Of a stretch of 64,000 nucleotides of DNA, positions 1 through 9,184 are shown piece by piece (the first letter of the stretch is position 1; every line of letters starts with the position of its first letter). The stretch is from Methanomassiliicoccales archaeon (lineage in GTDB: Archaea > Thermoplasmatota > Thermoplasmata > Methanomassiliicoccales > JACIVX01), in contig JARYLV010000005.1 in NCBI GenBank assembly GCA_029907465.1, forward strand, positions 22,231-86,230, written 5' to 3'. Both the position numbers and the translations under genes were made by a program. The notes under the pieces are model-generated. The model was not told the origin of the DNA. It was given only the letters and a program-made list of their open reading frames with translations, and searched no databases.

Positions 1-536
1 ATCGACCTCAGAATCCTTCCTCCGTCCATCGGAAAAGCAGGGATGAGATTGAATCCTCCGAGCAACAGATTATAGAAGCCAATCGTGCCGCACATGATTC
101 TTAAAGCTTGAATAGGCACGTTTCCTCGCGGAAGATCGTTGAGAAGTAACGCAATTGCGATGAGAACAAATCCAATTGCAAAACTCGTCGCGGGACCAGC
201 AAATGCCATGGTGCCCTCAACTCTTGGATCACGCGGCGTCTCCTCGAGGTGCGCCACACCACCAAACAAGAAAAGAGTGATGCTCTTGATGCGATACCCG
301 TGCCTCAGCGCGATGAAGGAGTGACCAATCTCATGGAGGAGAATGGTGAGGAAGAAAGTGATCGCACAAATAGCACCGAGCACCAGCTTCGCGGGAAGGG
401 AGACGTCAAGAAATGAAAAGCCAAAAATAATGCCGTCAATTTTCACGCCAGTAAATGCAAAAAATGCCGCAAAGATCGGGATAATGATGAGAAAAGTGAA
501 GTGAAAGTAAATGGGAATTCCCTTGATCGATCCCAT
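1..536 (-). CDS. Peptidase M50 (site-2 protease family) zinc metalloprotease; C-terminal part lies outside the window
   Basis: Hand translation of the minus strand from the ATG (complement of 534-536): MGSIKGIPIYFHFTFLIIIPIF...FFLTILLHEIGHSFIALRHG...NLIPAFPMDGGRIL. It has HExxH in a hydrophobic helix plus the NxxPxxPxDGG motif. It is absent from the ORF track because it runs off the edge. Confidence 0.8.
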   Translation of the reverse strand, partial: MGSIKGIPIYFHFTFLIIIPIFAAFFAFTGVKIDGIIFGFSFLDVSLPAKLVLGAICAITFFLTILLHEIGHSFIALRHGYRIKSITLFLFGGVAHLEETPRDPRVEGTMAFAGPATSFAIGFVLIAIALLLNDLPRGNVPIQALRIMCGTIGFYNLLLGGFNLIPAFPMDGGRILRS

Positions 537-1237
537 GCGGAGTGATGTACGCACAGACAGTTATTCATTTATCCTGTCTATTTAATATTCGCTCAAGGTC
601 GTCCAGAACTTCCGATCTTTATCAACCAAGTGGTCAGTTACGACTATCTTTCGACTTCAAAGAATTCAAGAACATCGCTTCATGCATAACCTTTATTTCC
701 CCACAGGACCCGTCGCGAATCCAATTATCCTTATCAGTCTACCGTTGTAACGATTTTGTATGGAAACTGTTGGTCTTAGATATTGATATTAAGAACCCAC
801 AGGATTGAAGTTTCGAGTTTTTTGTTTTTTTTTCCTCGCGCTTACGTGAGCCGATCATTAAGTCCTGGCTAGACTAAATTGATGGTGACATCTTGTCTGG
901 AGTCCTCAAAATTTTCCAGACATCATTCACATTCTTTTATCTACGAGAACAAGAATATGCCGCTTTCCCCCATGTCCGAACTTCAATCTAAGAACTTTGG
1001 GATCGATCCCTTCTGCAACAGAGGGATAATCATTATTTCGAAATTCCCCACCAGGAAAAATTACGATCGCTGATACTCATAAAATTCTTTTGAATTGTTT
1101 ACAAGAAAAGTTCTAGACCATTGGGATTTTTGACCGATTCATTACGTTAATCACTAAAATTCATTATTTCTATGAACCTCTGTCATGCAGCGATGACGAA
1201 ATCGATGTTCACAAAACCAGCTTTTTGATACAAAAGA

Positions 1238-1254
1238 AATATATATAATATAAG
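1238..1254 (+). promoter_or_regulatory. TATA-like box upstream of the giant surface-protein gene; purine-rich AAGGGGG at 1277-1283 is a likely SD
   Basis: The sequence aaatatatataatataa lies about 35-50 nt upstream of ATG 1288, and aaggggg lies 5 nt before the ATG. Confidence 0.4.
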
Positions 1255-1287
1255 GAGCAATTATAACACAAAAAGCAAGGGGGTCAG

Positions 1288-4200
1288 ATGAATAAGTTTT
1301 GTGGAGCTGTGCTCTTATCTGTCCTGCTGATGATCACAGTTCCACTGGTTTCTGAGAGACCTGAAATTGGTCAACATCAGAGTATTATCTCCCAAGCACA
1401 GCATTTTCTTTTAGAGGGTGAAAATGGTCCTGCCGGGAATTTCGATTTGTTCACAACAGTACTTCGAACGAAAAATGACCCGGCATTTATTCGAGTTGGT
1501 GATTTTAATAATGATAGTCGTAAGGACATCGCGGTCGGGAGTGGAGTTAATAAAACGATCGAGTTATTCTTTCAAAGGACAGATGGGACCTTTGCCATTG
1601 AGCCCAGCAGGACAATCAATCTCGGTTCCACAATCACCGGAATGGCAATCGGCGACCTCGACGGTGACGGTACCGATGACATTATAGTGACCTCGGCAAC
1701 AATTCGACGGGCATACTTGCTTTATCAAAGATTTGACTATAGCATTAGCTACAAGGACGCAAGGCCAGATCCATATGGTGTCGTCATAAATGATTTCGAT
1801 GGGGACGGATTCAATGATTTTGCATATGTAAGTTACAATTCTTCCATAAGCCCAAATTGCACCTTCACCGTTCATTTGAAGAAGACTGGCTTCTTTCCGG
1901 AAAATTATGTGAGGTTGGATATTCCAGCTGGTCTTTTCAGGGCTACTCTCATTGAAACAGCGGATTTAGATCAAGACGGACACCCAGATCTGGCGATTGG
2001 AGATACTGATTTTAGCAGAATAGCAATTTATAAAGGAGGTATAGTCAGCGGTATTCCCACTTGGACCCAAATTCAGATCATAGACTCAAGTTCTCTGAGA
2101 AATCCGATCGAAATGCATTTTATACAAGTCGATATGCTTGGGCCAGAAGAGCTTGTTGTGCTTTCAGAAAGAGATAATAAGATTACCATTTTCAAGTATG
2201 ACAGCGCAATCCGGCAATTGATCGAATACATTACAAAAGAAAATCTTGATGATCCAATAACAACCACAATGCTGGATGCAAACGATGATTCAATTCACGA
2301 TTTGATCTCTGTCTCAAGAGATTCTTGCCTCGTAGAGATTTTTCTAACAAAACTAGCCTTGCCATATGGCGAGCCGAATTTCACTTTTCCATCAAATGCA
2401 TTTCCTCTGAAAGCAATTTCTGCGGACATTAATAACGACAGCCTCGATGATTTGATCATTTCAGCAGATGCTACTTCTTTGAATGGATCGATTACCATCT
2501 ATTATAGACTTAAATCTGGCTTCCTTAGTAATGCGAATGAAAATATTTTTCTCGATGGAGGGAGCCTGCCGACATCGATCGTCCAAGGAGATTTTGATAA
2601 AGACGGGATCGTGGAAATTGGTGCTATATGCACGAACAACACTTTGAAATTCCATAAAATTAGCCAACATGAAACAGGATCGAAAGTAACTGGAATATCA
2701 CCGTTTGAAGCTAAGACTGCGGATCTGACTAACGACACAGTCCCAGATATCGTTGTTTCGAACTCAGGGAGCAACAATATTACATTCTATTTTGGTGGAG
2801 ACGCCTTTTTTCAAAACCAAGCAGTTTCATTATCACTACAGATAAATGAATCACTTGACAGCCCAAGAGGTATATCGATCAACGACATAAATGGCGACGG
2901 GAGACCTGATGTGGTCATCGCATGCGACTTTGGGATCCAGATATTTTTCAACATAGGAGCTCCTTCATATTTCGACGAATTCCATTCTTCCACAATCTTA
3001 GCGCCGGGGAGTAGTTACACTCATCTCACAACTGGTAATTTTAATGCGGGGTATGAGACCACGATGAGATGGCCTGCGATGATAGACATCGCAGCCTTCA
3101 ATTCCAGCGCCCGTAAGCTAGAGATTTATTTCCAGCATTATCCTTCCCATTCTTTTTCGATCCTTCAACGAGCGGAATTCGTTCCAGATGCCTCGTCGGT
3201 TGCAGTCTCCCTGAACTCTGGGAAAATCAATAGCGATTCTCTGGTAGATCTTGTCGTGCCATTGAATAACGGGTTATTAGTGGTTTATATTCAGAAGACT
3301 GGCTTGCCAAATGGATTCTCAGATGGTTCAGGTTCAAAGTTTTCGACGTTTTTGCAGAACGGAATTTGGACTGGATCCATCGGTGATCTGGACGATGATG
3401 GGTTTGATGAAATTGCAGTCATGTCTAACCGCATCGGGTTAATCTCTAGTATTGAGTTCGACGGTTCCGCATTTAAACACATCCAGTCTTTTTCGTGTGG
3501 CGGTGGTTTTGGAAATCTATTGGTTGCAGATGTGAATGGTGATCTGAGACACGACTTACTGATTTCATCACCACTCTCTGCTGCAATTTCAATCAATTAC
3601 CAGAATAATCTCCCGCCCCGCGCCCTCGCCCTTTGCGCGAGCAGTCCTCCACTCCAAGAGGGCACAGGAGTTTTCTTCGATGGCCGCAACTCTTCCGATT
3701 CTTATTCGGACAGGGCTTCCCTCAACTACACATGGTTTTTTGGTGATGGCCATATATATTATGGCGATACAGCTTTTCATATTTTTATGGCTGATGGGAA
3801 TTATAATGTTTCATTGAGGGTCATTGACAGAGGGGGACTTTCGAACTACAGCAATATTACAGTAATCATCGAGGATCTATCTCCAACCGCCTCTTTTAAT
3901 ATCAACCCCAGTGAGGTCAACGAAGGTTCAGCGGTTGAGTTCGTTGATACCTCGAGATCATATCCTGACCCCATCATTTCTCGTCGGTGGGAATTTGGCG
4001 ATGGAACTATCGTCGACGGGAATAGCAGTTCAGTCACACATACTTATATGAAAGACGGCACCTATCGTGTCAATTTGACCGTCACGGATTCCGATGAGTC
4101 AGTGAGTTCAACTTCCATTGAAATTCGTGTGCGTGACAACATTCCCTCCGTTTCTTTTATTGTATCACCTGCTTCTCCGATCGAGAATTCAAAAGTCTCT

Positions 4201-6240
4201 TTCATCGATAACTCTTTCTCGTATCCAGATACCATTGTCGCTTGGAACTGGGAGTTTGGAGACGGTGGTACCAGTAATGAGAAGAACCCTGAGCACATCT
4301 ATTCTCAGAATGGAACCTTCACCGTAGTCCTCAGGGTTTGGGACGAAGACGGGAGTACTAATTCCTCTTCGCTGGTCGTTCAAGTGCGTGATTCCGTTCC
4401 TACGGTTCTATTCTCCTTCAATCCGCTGGATCCAAAAGAAGGTCAGCCAGTAATGTTTGAAGATAACTCAACAGCGTATGACGGAATTGTGTCCTGGTCA
4501 TGGGACTTTGGTGATGGGACACATTCTAGCGAGAGAAATCCAAGCCACTATTACGCTGACAATGGCACATTTAATGTGAGACTTACTGTCGTCGACGGGG
4601 ATGGGTCGGTTGCCTCTTTTGAGAGACAGCTCTCTGTCAAAGATACATCCCCCGTTATACTCAAGATGAGCGCACGATCAAATGGTGGCCAGATTATCGA
4701 GGATGCGGAGATAAGTATAGAAGTTGAAATAGGACTTGGATGGGAGAGCCCAAAGAATTTAGGATACTTCTGGGACTACAATTTTTCTGGCACCTTTGAT
4801 ATTTCTGAAATCACGCAAGTAAACAAGACAGTTCACTCCTACCCTAAGCAGGGTACATACTTAGTCGCGGTCAGAGTATGGGATTCTGATTCTTTCGTTG
4901 AGGAAAGCATCATCATAACTGTTTACAACGTAAAACCTGAGGCCAAGTTTTCCTATAGGCTCGTGCAAAGCGGGGAAATTCGATTTGATGCAAGCCTGTC
5001 AGAGGACACTATGAGCGATCTCACTACTTTGGAATACCAATGGAACTTTGATGATGGCAGAGGATGGTCAAATTGGAGCCGTAACCCGGTTGTCCTTCAC
5101 ATGTTCGAGAGTGATGGCAACTATAGTGTCTCGCTGAGAGTGAGGGACGATAACGGCGCAGTGGATGAGACGAGCGCGTGGGTAACCGTTGACAGAAGCC
5201 CGCCAAGCATAGGGAACATCATGGTTGGAGAGGCTATCGTGGGAAAAGCGATCACGGTAACCGCGAGCGTTGAAGACAATATCGCTCTGAGAAATGTGAC
5301 CTTGTTTTACGAAGTTAACAATGAGACCTTCTCAACGCCGATGCTCAAAAGCGAAGGGTCGAGCAACATCTGGGTGGGTCAGATCAAGAGTTTAAACAAG
5401 ACAGGGATTATTGTTTATTGGATTGAAGCAGTCGATGTCAGTGGGAATAAGTTCACAACGGGGAAGCTTGAAGTCCTTGTCACCGAGAAAGCGATCCAAC
5501 CCTCTTTTTGGATCTTGGGCTTGAGCATCGCTGGGCTTGTACTTGGCGGTTTGTACGTATACGTAAGGCAGTTCTCGACAGCTGTTGATGAAGTCTTTGT
5601 GATCTACGAAAATGGATGCCTTATCGCCCACGATACACGCCGGTTGAAACCTGGAATGGATAATGATGTTCTCAGCAGTATGCTCGTCGCGATCCAGGAC
5701 TTTGTAAAAACCGCATTCAAGGACGAGGACACAACAGCACTCAAACGGCTTGACTTTGGCGAAAAGAAAATCCTTGTTGAGAAGGGAGAGAAGATTTACC
5801 TGGTCGCTGTTCTCCACGGAAAGTATGACTCAAAGATCGCACAAAAGATGCCAAAAATTCTGAACGAGATCCATCGGGATTACGGCAGCATCTTTGCACA
5901 ATGGGACGGGGATCTTGAAAAGGTGAGAGGTGTACGGGATAAAGCCCATCTCCTTTTTGCAAGAGAATGGAAGATCCCAGTCGAATTTTTCAAGTCGATC
6001 AGAAAACGCCTTAGTATTGAAAGAGCTCTGACGGTCGAATGCCCGATATGCGGTGAAAAGATTTCACCAAAGAATAGTCAGTGCCCCTCATGTGGGGCCG
6101 AGTTAGACTACGCCGATATATCTGAACTTGAAGATCTGGCAAAAAAAATTGGCCAGGGAGAGGGAACCCCAAGTATCAAGAATGAAAGTGGAGATCAGAA
6201 TATAAAAGGACCAAACGATTCAAATGAAGACGGGTTGTGA
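1288..6240 (+). CDS. Giant (1650 aa) type I membrane surface protein: signal peptide, FG-GAP/VCBS repeat region, 6 PKD domains, Ig-like domain, one TM helix, cytoplasmic Roadblock/LC7-like domain and C-terminal zinc ribbon
   Basis: N-terminal signal MNKFCGAVLLSVLLMITVPLVS. Repeated Ca-binding-like motifs: DFNNDSRKDIAVG, GDLDGDGTDDIIV, DFDGDGFNDFA, DLDQDGHPDLAIGD, DINGDGRPDVVI. PKD signatures such as WEFGDGT..THTYxxxGTYxVxLTVTD occur six times. TM helix FWILGLSIAGLVLGGLYVYV. Tail VFVIYENGCLIAHD..MLVAIQDFV..ILVEKGEKIYLVAVLHG followed by CPICGEKISPKNSQCPSCGAEL. Confidence 0.9.
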   Translation: MNKFCGAVLLSVLLMITVPLVSERPEIGQHQSIISQAQHFLLEGENGPAGNFDLFTTVLRTKNDPAFIRVGDFNNDSRKDIAVGSGVNKTIELFFQRTDGTFAIEPSRTINLGSTITGMAIGDLDGDGTDDIIVTSATIRRAYLLYQRFDYSISYKDARPDPYGVVINDFDGDGFNDFAYVSYNSSISPNCTFTVHLKKTGFFPENYVRLDIPAGLFRATLIETADLDQDGHPDLAIGDTDFSRIAIYKGGIVSGIPTWTQIQIIDSSSLRNPIEMHFIQVDMLGPEELVVLSERDNKITIFKYDSAIRQLIEYITKENLDDPITTTMLDANDDSIHDLISVSRDSCLVEIFLTKLALPYGEPNFTFPSNAFPLKAISADINNDSLDDLIISADATSLNGSITIYYRLKSGFLSNANENIFLDGGSLPTSIVQGDFDKDGIVEIGAICTNNTLKFHKISQHETGSKVTGISPFEAKTADLTNDTVPDIVVSNSGSNNITFYFGGDAFFQNQAVSLSLQINESLDSPRGISINDINGDGRPDVVIACDFGIQIFFNIGAPSYFDEFHSSTILAPGSSYTHLTTGNFNAGYETTMRWPAMIDIAAFNSSARKLEIYFQHYPSHSFSILQRAEFVPDASSVAVSLNSGKINSDSLVDLVVPLNNGLLVVYIQKTGLPNGFSDGSGSKFSTFLQNGIWTGSIGDLDDDGFDEIAVMSNRIGLISSIEFDGSAFKHIQSFSCGGGFGNLLVADVNGDLRHDLLISSPLSAAISINYQNNLPPRALALCASSPPLQEGTGVFFDGRNSSDSYSDRASLNYTWFFGDGHIYYGDTAFHIFMADGNYNVSLRVIDRGGLSNYSNITVIIEDLSPTASFNINPSEVNEGSAVEFVDTSRSYPDPIISRRWEFGDGTIVDGNSSSVTHTYMKDGTYRVNLTVTDSDESVSSTSIEIRVRDNIPSVSFIVSPASPIENSKVSFIDNSFSYPDTIVAWNWEFGDGGTSNEKNPEHIYSQNGTFTVVLRVWDEDGSTNSSSLVVQVRDSVPTVLFSFNPLDPKEGQPVMFEDNSTAYDGIVSWSWDFGDGTHSSERNPSHYYADNGTFNVRLTVVDGDGSVASFERQLSVKDTSPVILKMSARSNGGQIIEDAEISIEVEIGLGWESPKNLGYFWDYNFSGTFDISEITQVNKTVHSYPKQGTYLVAVRVWDSDSFVEESIIITVYNVKPEAKFSYRLVQSGEIRFDASLSEDTMSDLTTLEYQWNFDDGRGWSNWSRNPVVLHMFESDGNYSVSLRVRDDNGAVDETSAWVTVDRSPPSIGNIMVGEAIVGKAITVTASVEDNIALRNVTLFYEVNNETFSTPMLKSEGSSNIWVGQIKSLNKTGIIVYWIEAVDVSGNKFTTGKLEVLVTEKAIQPSFWILGLSIAGLVLGGLYVYVRQFSTAVDEVFVIYENGCLIAHDTRRLKPGMDNDVLSSMLVAIQDFVKTAFKDEDTTALKRLDFGEKKILVEKGEKIYLVAVLHGKYDSKIAQKMPKILNEIHRDYGSIFAQWDGDLEKVRGVRDKAHLLFAREWKIPVEFFKSIRKRLSIERALTVECPICGEKISPKNSQCPSCGAELDYADISELEDLAKKIGQGEGTPSIKNESGDQNIKGPNDSNEDGL
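3600..5195 (+). repeat. Tandem PKD-domain coding repeats (protein-level repeats, about 80 aa each, six copies) inside the giant gene
   Basis: A recurrent (W/F)xFGDG...NPxHxYxxxGxxxVxLxVxDxxG pattern appears in the translated ORF. Confidence 0.75.
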
Positions 6241-6388
6241 AGTAAGCCACATATGTCCATCGAAAGGGAAACTTATCGATCGCCCACTCAATTGAGTGAC
6301 TTATGAAGTATTATCTAAAACAAGATTGTTTACACAGACTCCTAATTCTGAGCCATAATTTCATAACTACCTCGATGTATTTATCGCC

Positions 6389-7123
6389 GTGTCTCCAGCC
6401 GAAACCCTCGTCCTGTTGGTGGTGCTCTGCGGCCTCTTAGCGGTCCTAGCCTATAAATTCAAATTGCTCAGCGCAAGCGGTAGCATAGCGTCAATCGCTG
6501 TGGGACTCACTATTGGCTGGTTCGGATCGATCAGTTGGTTACTCATCCTCATCGTCTTCGTACTCCTCGGATTTCTTGTCACCCGATATAAAATACAGCT
6601 CAAAATGGCAGGAGGATTACAGGAAGGCAAGAGAGGGGAGAGAACATACCGTAATGTGCTCGCCAATGGGTTTGTTCCATTGGTTATCGCTTTGGTCTCG
6701 TACTCCCTGGATTTGCAAAACGAACTGATAGCTCAGATCGCTTACCTTTCCGCGATCAGTGTCGCAGCGGCCGATACTACCGCAAGCGAGCTGGGTGTAT
6801 TGAGCCCTCGAACCTATCTAATAACGAATTTCAATCGAGTGGCACCTGGCACAAATGGAGGGATATCCCTAGCAGGGACAATCTGGGCTGTCATCGCAGC
6901 AACCTTCGCATCAATAATCGGCTGGTTGGCGATTGTGCCAGGTATGTCGATTGATGTAATGGTGGTTATACCCATCTTTGCTGGCGTATCTGGATGTATG
7001 ATCGATAGCTTCATCGGCGCTACGCTCGAGAACCGTGGATTTGTCTCAAAGCTCGGTACCAATGTCATTTCAATGCTTGCCGGCACTGTAATTGCCGTGA
7101 GCATCTTTCAGATGGTCCAGTAG
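6389..7123 (+). CDS. Integral membrane protein, DUF92/TMEM19-like
   Basis: 244 aa with multiple TM helices and the motif AAADTTASELG, resembling the DUF92 AADTxASExG signature. GTG start. Confidence 0.55.
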   Translation: MSPAETLVLLVVLCGLLAVLAYKFKLLSASGSIASIAVGLTIGWFGSISWLLILIVFVLLGFLVTRYKIQLKMAGGLQEGKRGERTYRNVLANGFVPLVIALVSYSLDLQNELIAQIAYLSAISVAAADTTASELGVLSPRTYLITNFNRVAPGTNGGISLAGTIWAVIAATFASIIGWLAIVPGMSIDVMVVIPIFAGVSGCMIDSFIGATLENRGFVSKLGTNVISMLAGTVIAVSIFQMVQ

Positions 7124-7277
7124 AATTTACAATAAGCGCCAACAAGAAGGATTTGTCATTATCTAAAGCCATAGTCGCATCTGCTATGCATGTTACGTGA
7201 GATGGTTCAACCCAAAACAATTATCGACTACAATATTAATTAACATGTAGGGAATGGGTTGAGATAAGAGAATTAAA

Positions 7278-7784
7278 GTGACGCTGATGATGAAAGTAAA
7301 TCTGAAGCGAGGAAACCTTTACTTGTTGCATGGAAGGGATCCAGGCAGACTATTCAATCTTTGCAATAGCGCTAGAAATCAGGGCAGCAAGATCCTCTGT
7401 ATTACAAGGATGCATCCCGATCAATTAGGAGAGGAATACGGAATTCCGCAGGAACAAACTATTTGGATTTCACAAACGGTAGGGCCACGGAATATTAACC
7501 CGCAGAACATGGGAATCCTGACAGAGACCGTCGTTCGATTTCTTTCAGCTAATATAAAATCGATCGTTTTTCTTGAAGGACTCGAGTACCTCATAGCACA
7601 AAATGACTTCACTAAGGTATTGAAGTTCATCAATCATGCGTACGAAGCGGCTGCGATAAACAGAGGCATTATGGTTTTCTTGGTAGATCCCCGTGCTTTC
7701 TCAGCGAGGGAAATGGCGTTTCTCGAAAAATGTGCTGTCGCGATTTGCGAAGGTGATGAAGTTGTTATGAAAATGTCAGATTGA
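7278..7784 (+). CDS. DUF835 domain protein (soluble, stand-alone)
   Basis: KILCITRMHPDQL...TIWISQ...INPQNMGIL...IVFLEGLEYLIAQNDFTKVLKFIN...MVFLVDPRAFSAREMAFLEK matches my memory of the archaeal DUF835 pattern (cItR..P, W(L/I)s, l(D/E)glEYLi). GTG start; ATG alternatives lie 3-4 codons in. Confidence 0.65.
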   Translation: MTLMMKVNLKRGNLYLLHGRDPGRLFNLCNSARNQGSKILCITRMHPDQLGEEYGIPQEQTIWISQTVGPRNINPQNMGILTETVVRFLSANIKSIVFLEGLEYLIAQNDFTKVLKFINHAYEAAAINRGIMVFLVDPRAFSAREMAFLEKCAVAICEGDEVVMKMSD

Positions 7785-7852
7785 GTCTCCCGGGCATCTT
7801 ATGTTTCATCTTTAGTTTCAATTGAGACGCCTGGTCGTTTCAATCAACAAAT

Positions 7853-7860
7853 TATTTATA
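7853..7860 (+). promoter_or_regulatory. TATA box for 5S rRNA
   Basis: The sequence tatttata lies about 33 nt upstream of the predicted mature 5S 5' end. Confidence 0.4.
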
Positions 7861-7892
7861 GATGCTTCCTGTTTAAGCGACACAACGCGAAT

Positions 7893-8015
7893 GGTATGAC
7901 GGCCATAGCGGCGGGGATACACCCGGTCTCATCCGAACCCGGCAGTTAAGCCCGCCCACGTTCCCTGTTGTACTGTGGTGCGCGAGCCCACGGGAAGCAG
8001 GGATCGCTGTCAGCC
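7893..8015 (+). rRNA. 5S ribosomal RNA (stand-alone, not linked to 16S/23S in this window)
   Basis: GGCCATAGCGGCGGGGATACACCCGGTCTCATCCGAACCCGGCAGTTAAGCCCGCC...GTACTGTGGTGCGCGAGCCCACGGGAAGC...GCTGTCAGCC follows the archaeal 5S consensus (CAUAGC..CCGAAC..AGUUAAGCC..GUACUG..GCGAG..GGGAAGC). The terminal helix pairs 5' TGACGGC with 3' GCTGTCA. A T5 run follows at 8026-8030. Confidence 0.9.
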
Positions 8016-8151
8016 ATTCGCACAATTTTTCACGATCAACACAAGGCAACAATGACCCCATCAACATTTCTGCATAAGCAGACTCATTCGAAGGTTAATT
8101 TGAGCAATAAAAGATTTAAGCATCAATGATCGTAATAGGAACCTAGAGTCG

Positions 8152-8976
8152 GTGCCGCTGATGGCTATTTCGTGGGATGTAATGGTCATTGCCGTCGGCG
8201 TGACGGTATTTGCGATCGTCGTCTTCTTTGAGCTGAGATATATGAGGTCGAAAAGGAAAGACAAGATCGAGACGGTGTTAATACGAGATGAAGCGTACAA
8301 CGCATTGATTACTACCAGCGCTGTTTCAAAGGCCCTGAAAGAGAAGAACAAAGATACAACAGATGCAGATCGATTGATTTTCGAAGCGGAAAGAGCCTAT
8401 CAGAGGAGAGATTATTTAACTTGTAAGGAACTGACTGACCAAGCCAAGGAGGCGCTCAGACATGCAAAATCAAAGGATTTTGAGGTTTTCGAGGAGATCG
8501 CTTCAACACCTGCACCGCAGGAGGAGCCAGTTGTTCCATTCCAAGAAGTCAAGAAACTCCCTGTGAACTACATCGAGTCAAAATTTATGATCGAGAGTGC
8601 ACGGATAGGTATCGAGACAGCGAGCCAAAGAGGTTTGGACACAACGGCTGCGAGGGCCTATTTGGAAAGTGCTCAGAAATGTTTTGCAAGTACCGAGTAC
8701 ACGGAAGCGCTCAAATACGCGTATAAAGCGAAGAGGTGCGCGGATGGACAGACCGTCGATCGACCTGCATCGGCGGAAAAGAAAGATGAGGAGGAATTGA
8801 AGGAACGATCTGACGAGGCGGAGAAATGTTTACAATGCGGAGCATTGGTCAGATCTGAGGATAATTTCTGTGGTAAGTGCGGAGCAAAAATCAATAGGAT
8901 TCCTAAATGCCCCTCCTGCTCCGCCGAAGTCGATCCTTCCGATAAATTCTGTAGACGATGCGGGACGAAACTTTAG
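8152..8976 (+). CDS. Membrane-anchored protein with cytoplasmic helical repeats and two C-terminal zinc ribbons
   Basis: One N-terminal TM helix (VMVIAVGVTVFAIVVFF) and helical Ala/Glu/Lys-rich repeats (AERAYQRRDY, AARAYLESAQKCF, ALKYAYKAKR). The C-terminus reads CLQCGALVRSEDNFCGKCGAKI..CPSCSAEVDPSDKFCRRCGTKL. The start could be ATG 8161. Confidence 0.6.
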   Translation: MPLMAISWDVMVIAVGVTVFAIVVFFELRYMRSKRKDKIETVLIRDEAYNALITTSAVSKALKEKNKDTTDADRLIFEAERAYQRRDYLTCKELTDQAKEALRHAKSKDFEVFEEIASTPAPQEEPVVPFQEVKKLPVNYIESKFMIESARIGIETASQRGLDTTAARAYLESAQKCFASTEYTEALKYAYKAKRCADGQTVDRPASAEKKDEEELKERSDEAEKCLQCGALVRSEDNFCGKCGAKINRIPKCPSCSAEVDPSDKFCRRCGTKL

Positions 8977-9184
8977 TCTTGGCGTTCTAGAAGACATTTG
9001 CGATTCCCCGTCATTAAGGGAGACGCCATTAGGAGAATGATTTCGCAGATACGACTCAGTCTTTTGAGAAACACATGGACCCCCTCCATGTTCTGGAGCT
9101 TCGTCAAATTTATAACGACAACAATTCGACTATCAGTCTCTGAGAACCTTTTTATATACACCTTCTGATGCTTTTGCTGGTTGA

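Noticed and set aside
542-1073. Two plus-strand ORFs (88 and 64 aa) in the long spacer upstream of the giant gene.
   Set aside because: They have low-complexity, implausible composition, no SD or TATA context and no motifs. The region is treated as non-coding.
3600-5195. Periodic roughly 240-nt repetition that might be mistaken for a DNA-level repeat array.
   Set aside because: The repetition is at the protein-domain level (PKD domains) with diverged nucleotide sequence, so it is not a DNA-level repeat or mobile element.
7873-8067. A 64-aa minus-strand ORF.
   Set aside because: It overlaps the 5S rRNA gene.
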